IMG/VR virus record: IMGVR_UViG_2778261166_000006
Span: 1-33,750 of that record
DNA length: 33,750 bases
DNA from: a virus
Taxonomy: Duplodnaviria; Heunggongvirae; Uroviricota; Caudoviricetes
Reading direction: 5' to 3' (one strand)
Part shown: positions 15,036-24,199 of the stretch, one piece after another
Numbering within the stretch: position 1 is the stretch's first letter
Layout: each line of letters begins with the position of its first letter
Program-made: the position numbers and the translations under genes
Notes under the pieces: generated by a model
What the model saw: only the letters and a program-made list of their open reading frames with translations
What the model was told of the DNA's origin: nothing
Database searches by the model: none

Positions 15036-15938
15036 ATGGGAAATATAGATCCATTATCATTAGTGACTACAATGGTTAGTCTTAATTTGAATGGCGTGCA
15101 AGTTTCACAGGGAACAGGGTTCTTTTATCAATCTATTGAAGAACAACTTTTATTCTTGGTAACAAATTATCATGTTGTCACCGGACATAGCCCACAATCA
15201 AAAGAATCGCCTTTAGGTGACTCAATTTCCTTCAAAGTTAGGGTGAAATCAGGTGGCAGCAAAACCATTGAGATTCCTCTTTTTAAAAACGGCAAACCAA
15301 CTTGGCTTCAGCATGCAAGTAAGAAAAATGCTGATATAGCAGTAATTCCATTGTTTGGAGATAATCTTAAAGATTGCGAATTCGAAGCATTAAACAGTGG
15401 AGTCAAGAACGAGGATGTTTATAAAGGTCCGACAGCACGAGTAACACTAATTGGCTATCCATATGGTTTTCATGATGCTGCAAATATGCTTCCTGTTTGG
15501 AAAACAGGAAGTGTCGCCAGTGAGCCTGAATATGATTTCAATGGTGAAAAAACAATTGTATTAGATATCTCAGCTTTCCCTGGAATGTCTGGATCTCCTG
15601 CCATGATAGTGGCCAAAGGAGGGTATGGTGATAAAGATGGAAATATGTATGCAGGTAATGCTTATCATTTCTTAGGTATATACGCCAGCATGAATATGTT
15701 CAACAGTGAGCTGAATCTTGAGCAAGTTTCAAATGATGCTAAAAAATTTGTTACGCATACCGAGTCATTGCAGCTTGGAATAATTTGGAAGGCGTCATTA
15801 ATTGACGATATAGTTAATAATTTCAACCTAGAATCTTGGCTTCAGGGATTTAGACAGTCTGCATTACAAGCGAATCTGAAATTAGGTAATGGTCTTCAAT
15901 TAAGCGAAGATGGTAAGAGTGTAATATTCAAATTTTGA
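15036..15938 (+). CDS. Trypsin-like (S1/chymotrypsin-fold) serine protease, AT-rich stand-alone cargo gene
   Basis: Candidate catalytic triad in canonical order: His in LVTNYHVV, Asp in KNADIAVIPLF, Ser in FPGMSGSPAM. AAGGAG ribosome-binding site at 15022-15027; own terminator downstream. Confidence 0.7.
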   Translation: MGNIDPLSLVTTMVSLNLNGVQVSQGTGFFYQSIEEQLLFLVTNYHVVTGHSPQSKESPLGDSISFKVRVKSGGSKTIEIPLFKNGKPTWLQHASKKNADIAVIPLFGDNLKDCEFEALNSGVKNEDVYKGPTARVTLIGYPYGFHDAANMLPVWKTGSVASEPEYDFNGEKTIVLDISAFPGMSGSPAMIVAKGGYGDKDGNMYAGNAYHFLGIYASMNMFNSELNLEQVSNDAKKFVTHTESLQLGIIWKASLIDDIVNNFNLESWLQGFRQSALQANLKLGNGLQLSEDGKSVIFKF

Positions 15939-15943
15939 TTACC

Positions 15944-15970
15944 GCCGCCTACGGGCGGCTTTTTATTTTT
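15944..15970 (+). terminator. Rho-independent terminator after the protease gene
   Basis: GCCGCC-TACG-GGCGGC followed by TTTTTATTTTT. Confidence 0.6.
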
Positions 15971-16015
15971 ATCTCCATGGTTTGCTCTATCGTAATAGTT
16001 TAAGGGGAAGCATTA

Positions 16016-16366
16016 ATGCCACCGCGAACCCCAAAAGCCTGCCGTGTTCGTGGCTGCCGCCATACCACCACAGACCCGTCAGGCTACTGCGAAAGCCACA
16101 AAAGCGAAGGCTGGAAGCAATACAAGCCAGGCCAGTCCCGTCATCAGCGCGGCTACGGTTCGAAATGGGATGCTATCCGTGAACGTGTACTGAAGCGTGA
16201 CAAAGGCCTGTGTCAGTTATGTCTGCGTGCCGGTGTGGTGCGTGAGGCGAAAACCGTTGACCACATCATCCCTAAAGCACATGGCGGCACTGATGCCGAC
16301 AGTAATCTGCAGAGTCTGTGCTGGCCGTGTCATAAGGCGAAGACGGCCCGTGAACGGTTAAAGTGA
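16016..16366 (+). CDS. HNH endonuclease (terminase-associated)
   Basis: Cys/His-rich: CRVRGCRH...GLCQLCLRAGVVREAKTVDHIIPKAHGGTDADSNLQSLCWPCHKAK. Confidence 0.85.
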   Translation: MPPRTPKACRVRGCRHTTTDPSGYCESHKSEGWKQYKPGQSRHQRGYGSKWDAIRERVLKRDKGLCQLCLRAGVVREAKTVDHIIPKAHGGTDADSNLQSLCWPCHKAKTARERLK

Positions 16367-16391
16367 TAATAATTCTCAACTGTCTGTGGGG

Positions 16392-16453
16392 GAGGGGCGG
16401 GTCAAATCCCTGTGACCTGACGTCTTCCGGACTGCCCGCCCCATCGTTTTTTT
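16392..16453 (+). terminator. Long GC-rich hairpin (GGGGCGGG...CCCGCCCC) followed by a T7 run
   Basis: Arms at 16394-16401 and 16435-16442, then TCGTTTTTTT; lies between HNH and the terminase small subunit. Confidence 0.4.
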
Positions 16454-16492
16454 ATACCCGCGAAAAATGAAATTTAACCAGGAGTGCCGCAT

Positions 16493-16987
16493 ATGGCTGG
16501 AACGGCGGGGCGTTCCGGGCGTCGCCCCAAGCCAACGGCGCGCAAGGCGCTGGCCGGAAACCCCGGCAAGCGAGCCCTGAATAAAGATGAACCTGTTTTT
16601 ACGCCCATCAAAGGTGTTGAGCCACCGGAGTGGTTCGCTGAAGAAGATCTCCCTCTCGCCACGATCATGTGGCAACTGACAACCAAAGAACTCTGCGGTC
16701 AGGGCCTGCTGTGCGTGACTGACCTCGCGGTGCTTGAGCGGTGGTGTGTGGCCTATGAGTTCTGGCGACGTGCCGTGAAAAATATTGCCAGACAGGGCAA
16801 CACCATCACCGGTGCAATGGGCGGTATGGTCAAAAATCCTGAGCTGACCGCCAAAAAAGAACAGGAGTCCGAGATGAGCAGTACGGGGGCAATGCTCGGA
16901 CTCGACCCCAGCAGCCGCCAGCGTCTGATTGGCCTGGCGGGGCAGAAGAAAGCCACTAACCCGTTTCTGAAAATTATCGAATCATGA
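16493..16987 (+). CDS. Terminase small subunit (P27 family)
   Basis: [30 protein letters not shown] is a P27-family N-terminus; GGAG 8 nt upstream; the ORF-finder start at 16484 is GTG. Confidence 0.8.
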   Translation: MAGTAGRSGRRPKPTARKALAGNPGKRALNKDEPVFTPIKGVEPPEWFAEEDLPLATIMWQLTTKELCGQGLLCVTDLAVLERWCVAYEFWRRAVKNIARQGNTITGAMGGMVKNPELTAKKEQESEMSSTGAMLGLDPSSRQRLIGLAGQKKATNPFLKIIES

Positions 16988-18717
16988 GCCGGAAATCTTA
17001 CCCCAACGTAAATGCTGCCAATCAGTATGCCCGGGATGTCGTTCGCGGAAAGATTGTGGCCTGCCAGTTTGTGATTCAGGCCTGCCAGCGCCATCTTGAT
17101 GACCTGATGGCGGAAAAAAGTAAGTCGTTTCGTTACCGCTTCGACAAGGACCTGGCTGAACGGGCCGCCAAATTTATTCAGCTGTTGCCGCATACCAAGG
17201 GTGAGTGGGCATTCAAACGGATGCCCATCACGCTGGAGCCGTGGCAGCTCTTTGTGATCTGCTGTGCGTTTGGCTGGGTCAATAAAGGTACCCGGCTGCG
17301 CCGCTTCCGGGAGGTGTATACCGAAATCCCCCGTAAGAACGGCAAATCGGCAATCTCTGCCGGTGTTGCCCTGTATTGTTTTGCCTGTGATAACGAGTTT
17401 GGCGCGGAAGTGTATTCCGGTGCCACGACAGAGAAACAGGCGTGGGAAGTCTTTCGCCCGGCGCGACTGATGTGTAAACGCACACCCATGCTGACGGAAG
17501 CGTTCGGGATTGAGGTTAACGCCTCAAACATGAACCGTCCGGAGGATGGTGCGCGGTTTGAACCGCTGATCGGTAACCCCGGTGATGGTTCATCACCCCA
17601 CTGTGCGGTGGTGGATGAATATCACGAGCACGCCACAGATGCGCTTTACACCACGATGCTTACCGGGATGGGGGCGCGACGCCAGCCACTGATGTGGGCC
17701 ATTACCACCGCCGGGTACAACATTGAGGGGCCGTGCTACGACAAACGGCGGGAAGTCATCGAGATGCTCAACGGCTCGGTGCCCAACGATGAACTGTTCG
17801 GGATCATCTATACCGTTGACGAAGGCGACGACTGGACCGACCCGCAGGTACTTGAAAAAGCTAACCCGAATATCGGTGTGTCGGTTTATCGCGAGTTTTT
17901 GTTAAGCCAGCAGCAACGTGCGAAAAATAACGCCCGTCTGGCAAACGTCTTTAAAACAAAACACCTCAATATCTGGGTGTCGGCGCGTTCGGCGTATTTC
18001 AACCTGGTGAGCTGGCAGAGCTGCGAGGATAAATCACTGACTCTTGAGCAGTTCGAGGGGCAGCCGTGCATTCTGGCCTTTGACCTGGCGCGTAAGCTGG
18101 ATATGAACAGCATGGCGCGACTTTATACCCGCGAGATTGACGGTAAAACGCATTACTACAGTGTGGCCCCGCGTTTCTGGGTACCGTATGACACGGTGTA
18201 CAGCGTCGAGAAAAATGAAGATCGACGGACAGCCGAACGCTTTCAGAAATGGGTGGAAATGGGCGTTCTGACCGTTACCGATGGTGCGGAGGTGGATTAT
18301 CGCTACATCCTCGAGGAGGCCAAAGCGGCGAACAAAATCAGCCCGGTCAGTGAGTCACCCATCGACCCCTTCGGGGCGACCGGGTTGTCACATGACCTTG
18401 CTGATGAAGACCTGAACCCCATCACTATCATTCAGAACTACACCAACATGTCCGACCCGATGAAAGAGCTGGAAGCGGCAATTGAATCGGGGCGCTTTCA
18501 TCATGACGGCAATCCCATCATGACCTGGTGTATCGGCAACGTGGTCGGCAAAACCATTCCGGGTAACGATGATGTGGTGAAACCCGTCAAAGAGCAGGCG
18601 GAAAACAAAATCGATGGTGCAGTTGCGCTGATTATGGCGGTTGGCAGAGCCATGCTGTACGAGAAAGAAGACACGCTGTCTGACCACATTGAGTCCTACG
18701 GGATCCGCTCGCTTTAA
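16984..18717 (+). CDS. Terminase large subunit
   Basis: 577 aa; Walker-A-like EIPRKNGKS; ATGA overlap with the small subunit. Confidence 0.9.
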   Translation: MSRKSYPNVNAANQYARDVVRGKIVACQFVIQACQRHLDDLMAEKSKSFRYRFDKDLAERAAKFIQLLPHTKGEWAFKRMPITLEPWQLFVICCAFGWVNKGTRLRRFREVYTEIPRKNGKSAISAGVALYCFACDNEFGAEVYSGATTEKQAWEVFRPARLMCKRTPMLTEAFGIEVNASNMNRPEDGARFEPLIGNPGDGSSPHCAVVDEYHEHATDALYTTMLTGMGARRQPLMWAITTAGYNIEGPCYDKRREVIEMLNGSVPNDELFGIIYTVDEGDDWTDPQVLEKANPNIGVSVYREFLLSQQQRAKNNARLANVFKTKHLNIWVSARSAYFNLVSWQSCEDKSLTLEQFEGQPCILAFDLARKLDMNSMARLYTREIDGKTHYYSVAPRFWVPYDTVYSVEKNEDRRTAERFQKWVEMGVLTVTDGAEVDYRYILEEAKAANKISPVSESPIDPFGATGLSHDLADEDLNPITIIQNYTNMSDPMKELEAAIESGRFHHDGNPIMTWCIGNVVGKTIPGNDDVVKPVKEQAENKIDGAVALIMAVGRAMLYEKEDTLSDHIESYGIRSL

Positions 18718-18728
18718 CTGAGGTAATT

Positions 18729-18911
18729 ATGATCATGCTGATTCTCGCGCCTCTGGTGGGCGTGCTGGGTGCGCTTTTGCTGGCATATGGTGCCTGGCTG
18801 ATTTATCCCCCGGCGGGTTTTGTTGTTGCCGGGGCGCTGTGCCTGTTCTGGTCGTGGCTGGTGGCGCGATATCTCGATCGTACACAGCTGTCTGTCGGCG
18901 GAGGTAAATAG
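18729..18911 (+). CDS. Small hydrophobic protein (60 aa)
   Basis: Two hydrophobic segments; sits between terminase and portal. Confidence 0.4.
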   Translation: MIMLILAPLVGVLGALLLAYGAWLIYPPAGFVVAGALCLFWSWLVARYLDRTQLSVGGGK

Positions 18912-20152
18912 TGTTCTTTTCGGGATTATTTCAACGAAAAAGTGACGCACCTGTGACCACGCCAGCAGAGCTGGCGGATGCCATCGGGTTGTCCTACGAC
19001 ACCTATACCGGAAAGCAGATCAGCAGCCAGCGGGCCATGCGACTGACGGCGGTTTTTTCCTGTGTCAGGGTGCTGGCGGAGTCGGTCGGGATGTTGCCCT
19101 GCAACCTGTATCACCTGAACGGCAGCCTGAAGCAGAGAGCCACTGGCGAACGTCTGCATAAGCTGATCTCCACGCATCCCAATGGCTATATGACGCCGCA
19201 GGAGTTCTGGGAGCTGGTGGTCACCTGTCTGTGCCTGCGGGGAAACTTTTACGCCTACAAAGTGAAAGCATTTGGCGAAGTGGCTGAACTGCTGCCCGTC
19301 GATCCCGGCTGTGTGGTACCGAAGCTTAACAGTAGCTGGGAGCCGGTCTATCAGGTCACATTCCCGGATGGCTCCACGGATGTACTGAGCCAGGAAGATA
19401 TCTGGCATGTGCGCACGCTGACGCTGGACGGACTGGTGGGGCTGAATCCCATCGCCTATGCCCGCGAGGCAATATCGCTGGCGGCAGCGACCGAAGAGCA
19501 CGGGGCCAGACTGTTCAGCAATGGCGCGGTGACGTCGGGTGTGTTGCGTACAGAGCAGACGCTGTCAGATCAGGCTTATGAGCGCCTGAAGAAAGATTTT
19601 GAGGAGCGTCACACCGGGCTTGGCAATGCTCACCGCCCGATGATCCTTGAGATGGGGCTGGACTGGAAGTCGATGGCGCTGAACGCCGAGGACAGCCAGT
19701 TCCTGGAAACCCGCAAGTTTCAGCTTGAAGAAATCTGTCGTCTGTTCCGGGTGCCATTGCACATGGTGCAGAACACCGATCGCGCCACCTTCAACAATAT
19801 CGAAGAACTGGGGCTCGGATTTATCAACTATTCACTGGTGCCGTATCTGACCCGCATTGAGCAGCGGATCAACACCGGACTGGTACGAAAAAGTAAGCAG
19901 GGCGTTTATTACGCCAAATTTAACGCCGGGGCCTTACTGCGCGGGGATATGAAGTCCCGTTTTGAAGCCTACGCTACCGGGATCAATTGGGGAATTTACT
20001 CTCCCAATGACTGCCGCGACCTGGAAGATATGAATCCGCGTCCCGGTGGTGATGTCTATCTCACACCGATGAACATGACCACGAAACCCTCCGATGGCAG
20101 TAAAGCCGGTAAGCAGAAGGATAACGCCAATGCAGACGAAACAACGTCTTGA
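18911..20152 (+). CDS. Portal protein (HK97 family)
   Basis: 413 aa, position after terminase; GTG start preceded by GGAGG. Confidence 0.85.
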   Translation: MFFSGLFQRKSDAPVTTPAELADAIGLSYDTYTGKQISSQRAMRLTAVFSCVRVLAESVGMLPCNLYHLNGSLKQRATGERLHKLISTHPNGYMTPQEFWELVVTCLCLRGNFYAYKVKAFGEVAELLPVDPGCVVPKLNSSWEPVYQVTFPDGSTDVLSQEDIWHVRTLTLDGLVGLNPIAYAREAISLAAATEEHGARLFSNGAVTSGVLRTEQTLSDQAYERLKKDFEERHTGLGNAHRPMILEMGLDWKSMALNAEDSQFLETRKFQLEEICRLFRVPLHMVQNTDRATFNNIEELGLGFINYSLVPYLTRIEQRINTGLVRKSKQGVYYAKFNAGALLRGDMKSRFEAYATGINWGIYSPNDCRDLEDMNPRPGGDVYLTPMNMTTKPSDGSKAGKQKDNANADETTS

Positions 20153-20780
20153 TGTACCGCTGAGTCTGAAATCTGTCAGTGACTCCGGTGAGTTTGAAGG
20201 GTATGGCTCCGTCTTTGGTGTAAAGGACAGCCACGATGATGTGGTGATGTCAGGGGCATTTGCCGCTTCCCTGCGGGCGTGGAGTGACAGAAAAGCGTTA
20301 CCTGCGCTGCTCTGGCAGCACCGCATGGATGAACCCATCGGTGTTTACACCGAAATGAAGGAAGACGATGTCGGGCTTTACGTCAGGGGACGGTTGCTTA
20401 TTGATGATGATCCCCTCGCAAAACGCGCACATGCACACATGAAGGCCGGTTCGTTAACCGGCCTTTCTATTGGGTACGTCCTGAAAGACTGGGAATACGA
20501 CCGGACGAAAGAAGCCTTTCTGCTGAAAGAAATCGACCTCTGGGAAGTCAGTCTGGTGACGTTCCCGTCTAACGACGAGGCGCGGATCAGCGACGTCAAG
20601 AACGCGCTGGCCCGCGGGGAAATCCCCGAACAGAAAAAAATCGAAAGAGTCCTGCGTGATGTCGGACTCTCCCGTACCCAGGCCAAAGCATTCATGGCCG
20701 GGGGCTATGGCGCACTGTCCCTGCGCGACGCTGAGGATGTGAGCTCTGCACTGAATGCACTGAAAAATCTGAACTTCTAA
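20130..20780 (+). CDS. Prohead serine protease (HK97 family)
   Basis: ATG at 20130 with GAAGGA Shine-Dalgarno; GYGSVFGVKDSHDDVV...LLWQH has the prohead protease pattern; overlaps the portal 3' end. Confidence 0.8.
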   Translation: MQTKQRLDVPLSLKSVSDSGEFEGYGSVFGVKDSHDDVVMSGAFAASLRAWSDRKALPALLWQHRMDEPIGVYTEMKEDDVGLYVRGRLLIDDDPLAKRAHAHMKAGSLTGLSIGYVLKDWEYDRTKEAFLLKEIDLWEVSLVTFPSNDEARISDVKNALARGEIPEQKKIERVLRDVGLSRTQAKAFMAGGYGALSLRDAEDVSSALNALKNLNF

Positions 20781-20794
20781 TCAGGAGAAATACG

Positions 20795-22000
20795 ATGGCG
20801 GTAGATATTAAAGATGTCGAACAGGTCGCGCAGGAGCTGCAGCAGAAGTTTGACGACTTCAAAGCAAAGAACGACAAGCGCGTGGATGCGATTGAGCAGG
20901 AAAAAGGCAAGCTTGCCGGGCAGGTGGAAACCCTGAACGGGAAACTCAGCGAGCTGGAAAACCTCAAAAGCGATCTTGAAAAAGAGCTGCTTGAGCTGAA
21001 ACGTCCGGCAGGTGGTGCGCAAAATAAACTGGCCACCGAGCATAAAGAAGCGTTTGTGGGCTTCCTGCGTAAAGGCCGTGAAGATGGTCTGCGCGATCTG
21101 GAGCGCAAGGCATTACAGGTGGGCACCGATGAAGACGGCGGCTATGCCGTGCCGGAAGCACTGGATCGCAACATTCTCACCCTGCTGAAAGATGAAGTGG
21201 TGATGCGCCAGGAAGCCACGGTGATCACCGTTGGTGGTTCCGACTACAAAAAACTGGTGAATCTGGGCGGCACGGCTTCCGGATGGGTTGGCGAGACTGA
21301 CGCGCGCTCCCAGACTGCCACCTCAAAACTGGGCCTGATTGAACCTTTCATGGGGGAAATCTACGGTAACCCGCAGGCCACCCAGAAAATGCTGGATGAT
21401 GCCTTTTTCAACGTGGAAGCATGGATCAACAGCGAGCTGGCAACCGAATTTGCCGAACAGGAAGAAATTGCCTTTACTACCGGCGATGGTACCAAGAAGC
21501 CGAAAGGGTTCCTGGCGTATGAATCCACTGATGAAACCGATAAGGTCCGGGCGTTCGGCAAACTTCAGCATATTGTATCCGGCGACGCGACGGCGGTGAC
21601 CGCAGACGCCATTATCAAACTGATTTACACGCTGCGTAAGGCACACCGCACCGGCGCGAAGTTCATGATGAACAACAATAGCCTGTTTGCCATCCGTCTG
21701 CTGAAAGACAGCGAGGGTAACTATCTGTGGCGTCCGGGGCTGGAGCTGGGGCAGCCGTCCTCTCTGGCGGGTTACGGTATCGCTGAAAACGAACAGATGC
21801 CGGATATCGCCGCTGATGCGAAAGCCATTGCATTTGGTAACTTCAAACGGGGTTACACCATCGTTGACCGTATCGGCACCCGCATTCTGCGTGACCCGTA
21901 CACCAATAAACCGTTTGTCGGTTTTTATACCACCAAACGCACCGGCGGCATGCTGGTCGATTCGCAGGCCATCAAACTGCTGAAGATTGCAGTGGCGTAA
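20795..22000 (+). CDS. Major capsid protein (HK97 fold) with an N-terminal coiled-coil delta domain
   Basis: 401 aa; coiled-coil N-terminus then capsid domain; follows the prohead protease. Confidence 0.85.
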   Translation: MAVDIKDVEQVAQELQQKFDDFKAKNDKRVDAIEQEKGKLAGQVETLNGKLSELENLKSDLEKELLELKRPAGGAQNKLATEHKEAFVGFLRKGREDGLRDLERKALQVGTDEDGGYAVPEALDRNILTLLKDEVVMRQEATVITVGGSDYKKLVNLGGTASGWVGETDARSQTATSKLGLIEPFMGEIYGNPQATQKMLDDAFFNVEAWINSELATEFAEQEEIAFTTGDGTKKPKGFLAYESTDETDKVRAFGKLQHIVSGDATAVTADAIIKLIYTLRKAHRTGAKFMMNNNSLFAIRLLKDSEGNYLWRPGLELGQPSSLAGYGIAENEQMPDIAADAKAIAFGNFKRGYTIVDRIGTRILRDPYTNKPFVGFYTTKRTGGMLVDSQAIKLLKIAVA

Positions 22001-22007
22001 TCACTCA

Positions 22008-22027
22008 GGGGCGCGGAACCGCGCCCC
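22008..22027 (+). terminator. Perfect GC hairpin GGGGCGCGG-AA-CCGCGCCCC after the capsid gene
   Basis: 9-bp perfect stem; the downstream T-tract is weak (TGTTCTG). Confidence 0.4.
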
Positions 22028-22048
22028 TGTTCTGACGGGTGAAGAATC

Positions 22049-22249
22049 ATGATCCTGAAACAAGATCTGAAATGGTCACCGGACGGTATGCGTGTTGAGG
22101 TCATTCGGGCCGGTGAGTATGACGACGGGGCGCTTCCTGCCCGGGTGCAGGAGATTGCACTTCAGGCCGGGTTAGCAGAGCGCGGAACCAGTGCAAAAAG
22201 CAGTAAAGCGACAAAAGAGAAAAAAGCCACGACCAGTAAAGAGGGCTGA
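22049..22249 (+). CDS. Small hypothetical head-module protein
   Basis: ORF between the capsid and head-tail connector genes; Lys/Ser/Thr-rich tail. Confidence 0.3.
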   Translation: MILKQDLKWSPDGMRVEVIRAGEYDDGALPARVQEIALQAGLAERGTSAKSSKATKEKKATTSKEG

Positions 22250-22251
22250 GT

Positions 22252-22575
22252 ATGCTTCTGACAATGGAAGAGATTAAAGCCCAACTCCGGCTGGATGAGG
22301 ATTTCGATGCTGATGACCGCCATCTGCAACTGCTGGCCTGTGCGGCACAAAAGCGGACGGAAACGTATCTGAACCGGAAGCTCTATGCACCGGATGAAAC
22401 CATTCCGGACAGCGATCCGGACGGGCTGCACCTGCCGGATGATATTCGTCTGGGGATGCTGATGCTTATCAGCCATTTTTACGAAAACCGATCGTCGGTT
22501 ACGGAAGTGGAGAAACTCGACATGCCGCAGAGTTTTGGCTGGCTTGTCGGCCCGTACAGGTACTTTCCGCAATGA
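22252..22575 (+). CDS. Head-tail connector (gp6-like)
   Basis: MEEIKAQLRLDEDFDADD...LISHFYENR is the typical gp6-like pattern. Confidence 0.7.
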   Translation: MLLTMEEIKAQLRLDEDFDADDRHLQLLACAAQKRTETYLNRKLYAPDETIPDSDPDGLHLPDDIRLGMLMLISHFYENRSSVTEVEKLDMPQSFGWLVGPYRYFPQ

Positions 22576-22982
22576 AAATTCGTCAGGCGCAGACCAGCGC
22601 AACCTACATTCTGCCGGACCCCGGTGAACTGAATAAACGCGTCCTGATCCGCCAGCGGGTGGATATGCCCGCGGATAACTTTGGCGTGGAGCCTCAATAC
22701 CCGGTTACGTTCCGGACATGGGCGAAGGTTATCCAGACCAGTGCCACCACCTGGCAGGAAACCGCGCAGACCGGGGACGCCATCACCCATTACATCACCA
22801 TTCGTTACCGCCGGGGGATCACTGCTGATTATGAGGTGGTCTGTGATGACAGTGTGTACCGGGTGAAACGTCAGCGTGATCTGAACGGGGCGCGGCGCTT
22901 TCTGCTGCTGGAGTGTACGGAGCTGGGCGAATTTACGCAGAGTCACGGAGGCAGCAATGGCGACTCCCTTTTTTCACGTTGA
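22572..22982 (+). CDS. Head-tail joining / head closure protein
   Basis: Position and size; ATGA overlap with the upstream gene. Confidence 0.65.
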   Translation: MKIRQAQTSATYILPDPGELNKRVLIRQRVDMPADNFGVEPQYPVTFRTWAKVIQTSATTWQETAQTGDAITHYITIRYRRGITADYEVVCDDSVYRVKRQRDLNGARRFLLLECTELGEFTQSHGGSNGDSLFSR

Positions 22983-23463
22983 TGTTCAGCAGCCCGCCGA
23001 GATGCGCTTTAAACGTGCCCGTGTCCGGCGGGCGTTTGTCACGATTGGGCAGCGTCATATGCGTGATGCCCGTCGGCTGGTGATGCGCCGTGCGCGGTCG
23101 GCACCGGGTGAAAACCCCGGTTATCAGACCGGACGCCTGGCTCGTTCGATTGGTTACATGGTACCCAGAGCCAGTAAACATCGCCCTGGTTTTATGGCAC
23201 GTATAGCCCCTAACCAGCGTAATGGAGAGGGAAACCGCCGTATCACCGGTGATTTTTATCCGGCTTTTTTGTTCTATGGCGTGAGGCGAGGGGCAAAGCG
23301 TCGTCGCAGCCATCATCGTGGTGCATCCGGTGGCAGCGGCTGGCGACTGGCTCCACGTAATAACTTCATGGTGGAAACGCTTGAAAAGAACCGCAGTTGG
23401 ACACGCTATTTTCTGGCGCGGGAATTGCGTAAATCACTGAAGCCGGAGCGACGACACAGATGA
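22957..23463 (+). CDS. HK97 gp10-like tail completion protein
   Basis: Arg-rich, position in the head-tail module. Confidence 0.6.
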   Translation: MATPFFHVDVQQPAEMRFKRARVRRAFVTIGQRHMRDARRLVMRRARSAPGENPGYQTGRLARSIGYMVPRASKHRPGFMARIAPNQRNGEGNRRITGDFYPAFLFYGVRRGAKRRRSHHRGASGGSGWRLAPRNNFMVETLEKNRSWTRYFLARELRKSLKPERRHR

Positions 23464-24020
23464 AACTGACGCCTGTTATTGCTGCACTGCGTGCCCGCTG
23501 TCCGTATTTTGAAAACCGGGTTGCAGGCGCGGCCCAGTTCAAAAATCTGCCGGAGGTCGGAAAGCTGAAACTCCCGGCGGCATATGTTGTACCGGGTGAT
23601 GATTCTCCGGGAGAAAACAAAAGCCAGACCGACTACTGGCAGGAGCTGAAAGAGGGTTTCTCCGTGGTTGTCATACTGAGTAACGGGCGTGATGAGCGCG
23701 GTCAGTTTGCCTCGTATGATGTGGTGGACGATGTCCGGCAGATGCTCTTTAAGGCTCTGCTGGGCTGGAACCCGGAGGCGTGCGGTAACCCGATTACCTA
23801 TGACGGCGGCACGCTGCTGGATCTGAATCGTCATGAGCTGATTTATCAGTTCGATTTTTCGGTCATCAGCGAGCTGACTGAAGACGATACCCGCCAGCAG
23901 GATGATCTGAACAGTCTGGATGAACTGCAAACGCTGGCGATTGATGTTGATTATCTCGAGCCCGGTAACGGGCCTGACGGCGATATCGAACATCACACCG
24001 AAATAACCCTTCCTTCGTGA
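23460..24020 (+). CDS. Tail component protein
   Basis: Position upstream of the sheath gene; coupled starts. Confidence 0.5.
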   Translation: MKLTPVIAALRARCPYFENRVAGAAQFKNLPEVGKLKLPAAYVVPGDDSPGENKSQTDYWQELKEGFSVVVILSNGRDERGQFASYDVVDDVRQMLFKALLGWNPEACGNPITYDGGTLLDLNRHELIYQFDFSVISELTEDDTRQQDDLNSLDELQTLAIDVDYLEPGNGPDGDIEHHTEITLPS

Positions 24021-24199
24021 GGATCCTCATGTTTGTTAAACCTGTTAAAGGGCGGTCAGTGCCTGACCCTGCCCGCGGCGACCTTTTGCCCGCCGAAGGG
24101 CGAAATGTTGACGAGAACAACTACTGGCTGCGCCGTGAAGCAGCGGGTGATATCCGGCGCGTGAATAAAAAGGTGAATACCGATGACGATAAGCTTTAA
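24017..24199 (+). CDS. Small hypothetical tail-module protein
   Basis: Coupled ORF directly upstream of the sheath gene. Confidence 0.4.
   Translation: MRILMFVKPVKGRSVPDPARGDLLPAEGRNVDENNYWLRREAAGDIRRVNKKVNTDDDKL

Noticed and set aside
18926-23996. Long antisense ORFs inside the portal, prohead protease/capsid and tail genes (18926-19501, 20692-21126, 23406-23996, minus strand)
   Set aside because: They lie wholly within well-supported plus-strand structural genes in a GC-rich region where spurious antisense frames are common; compositions are low-complexity (Ser/Arg/Pro-rich).
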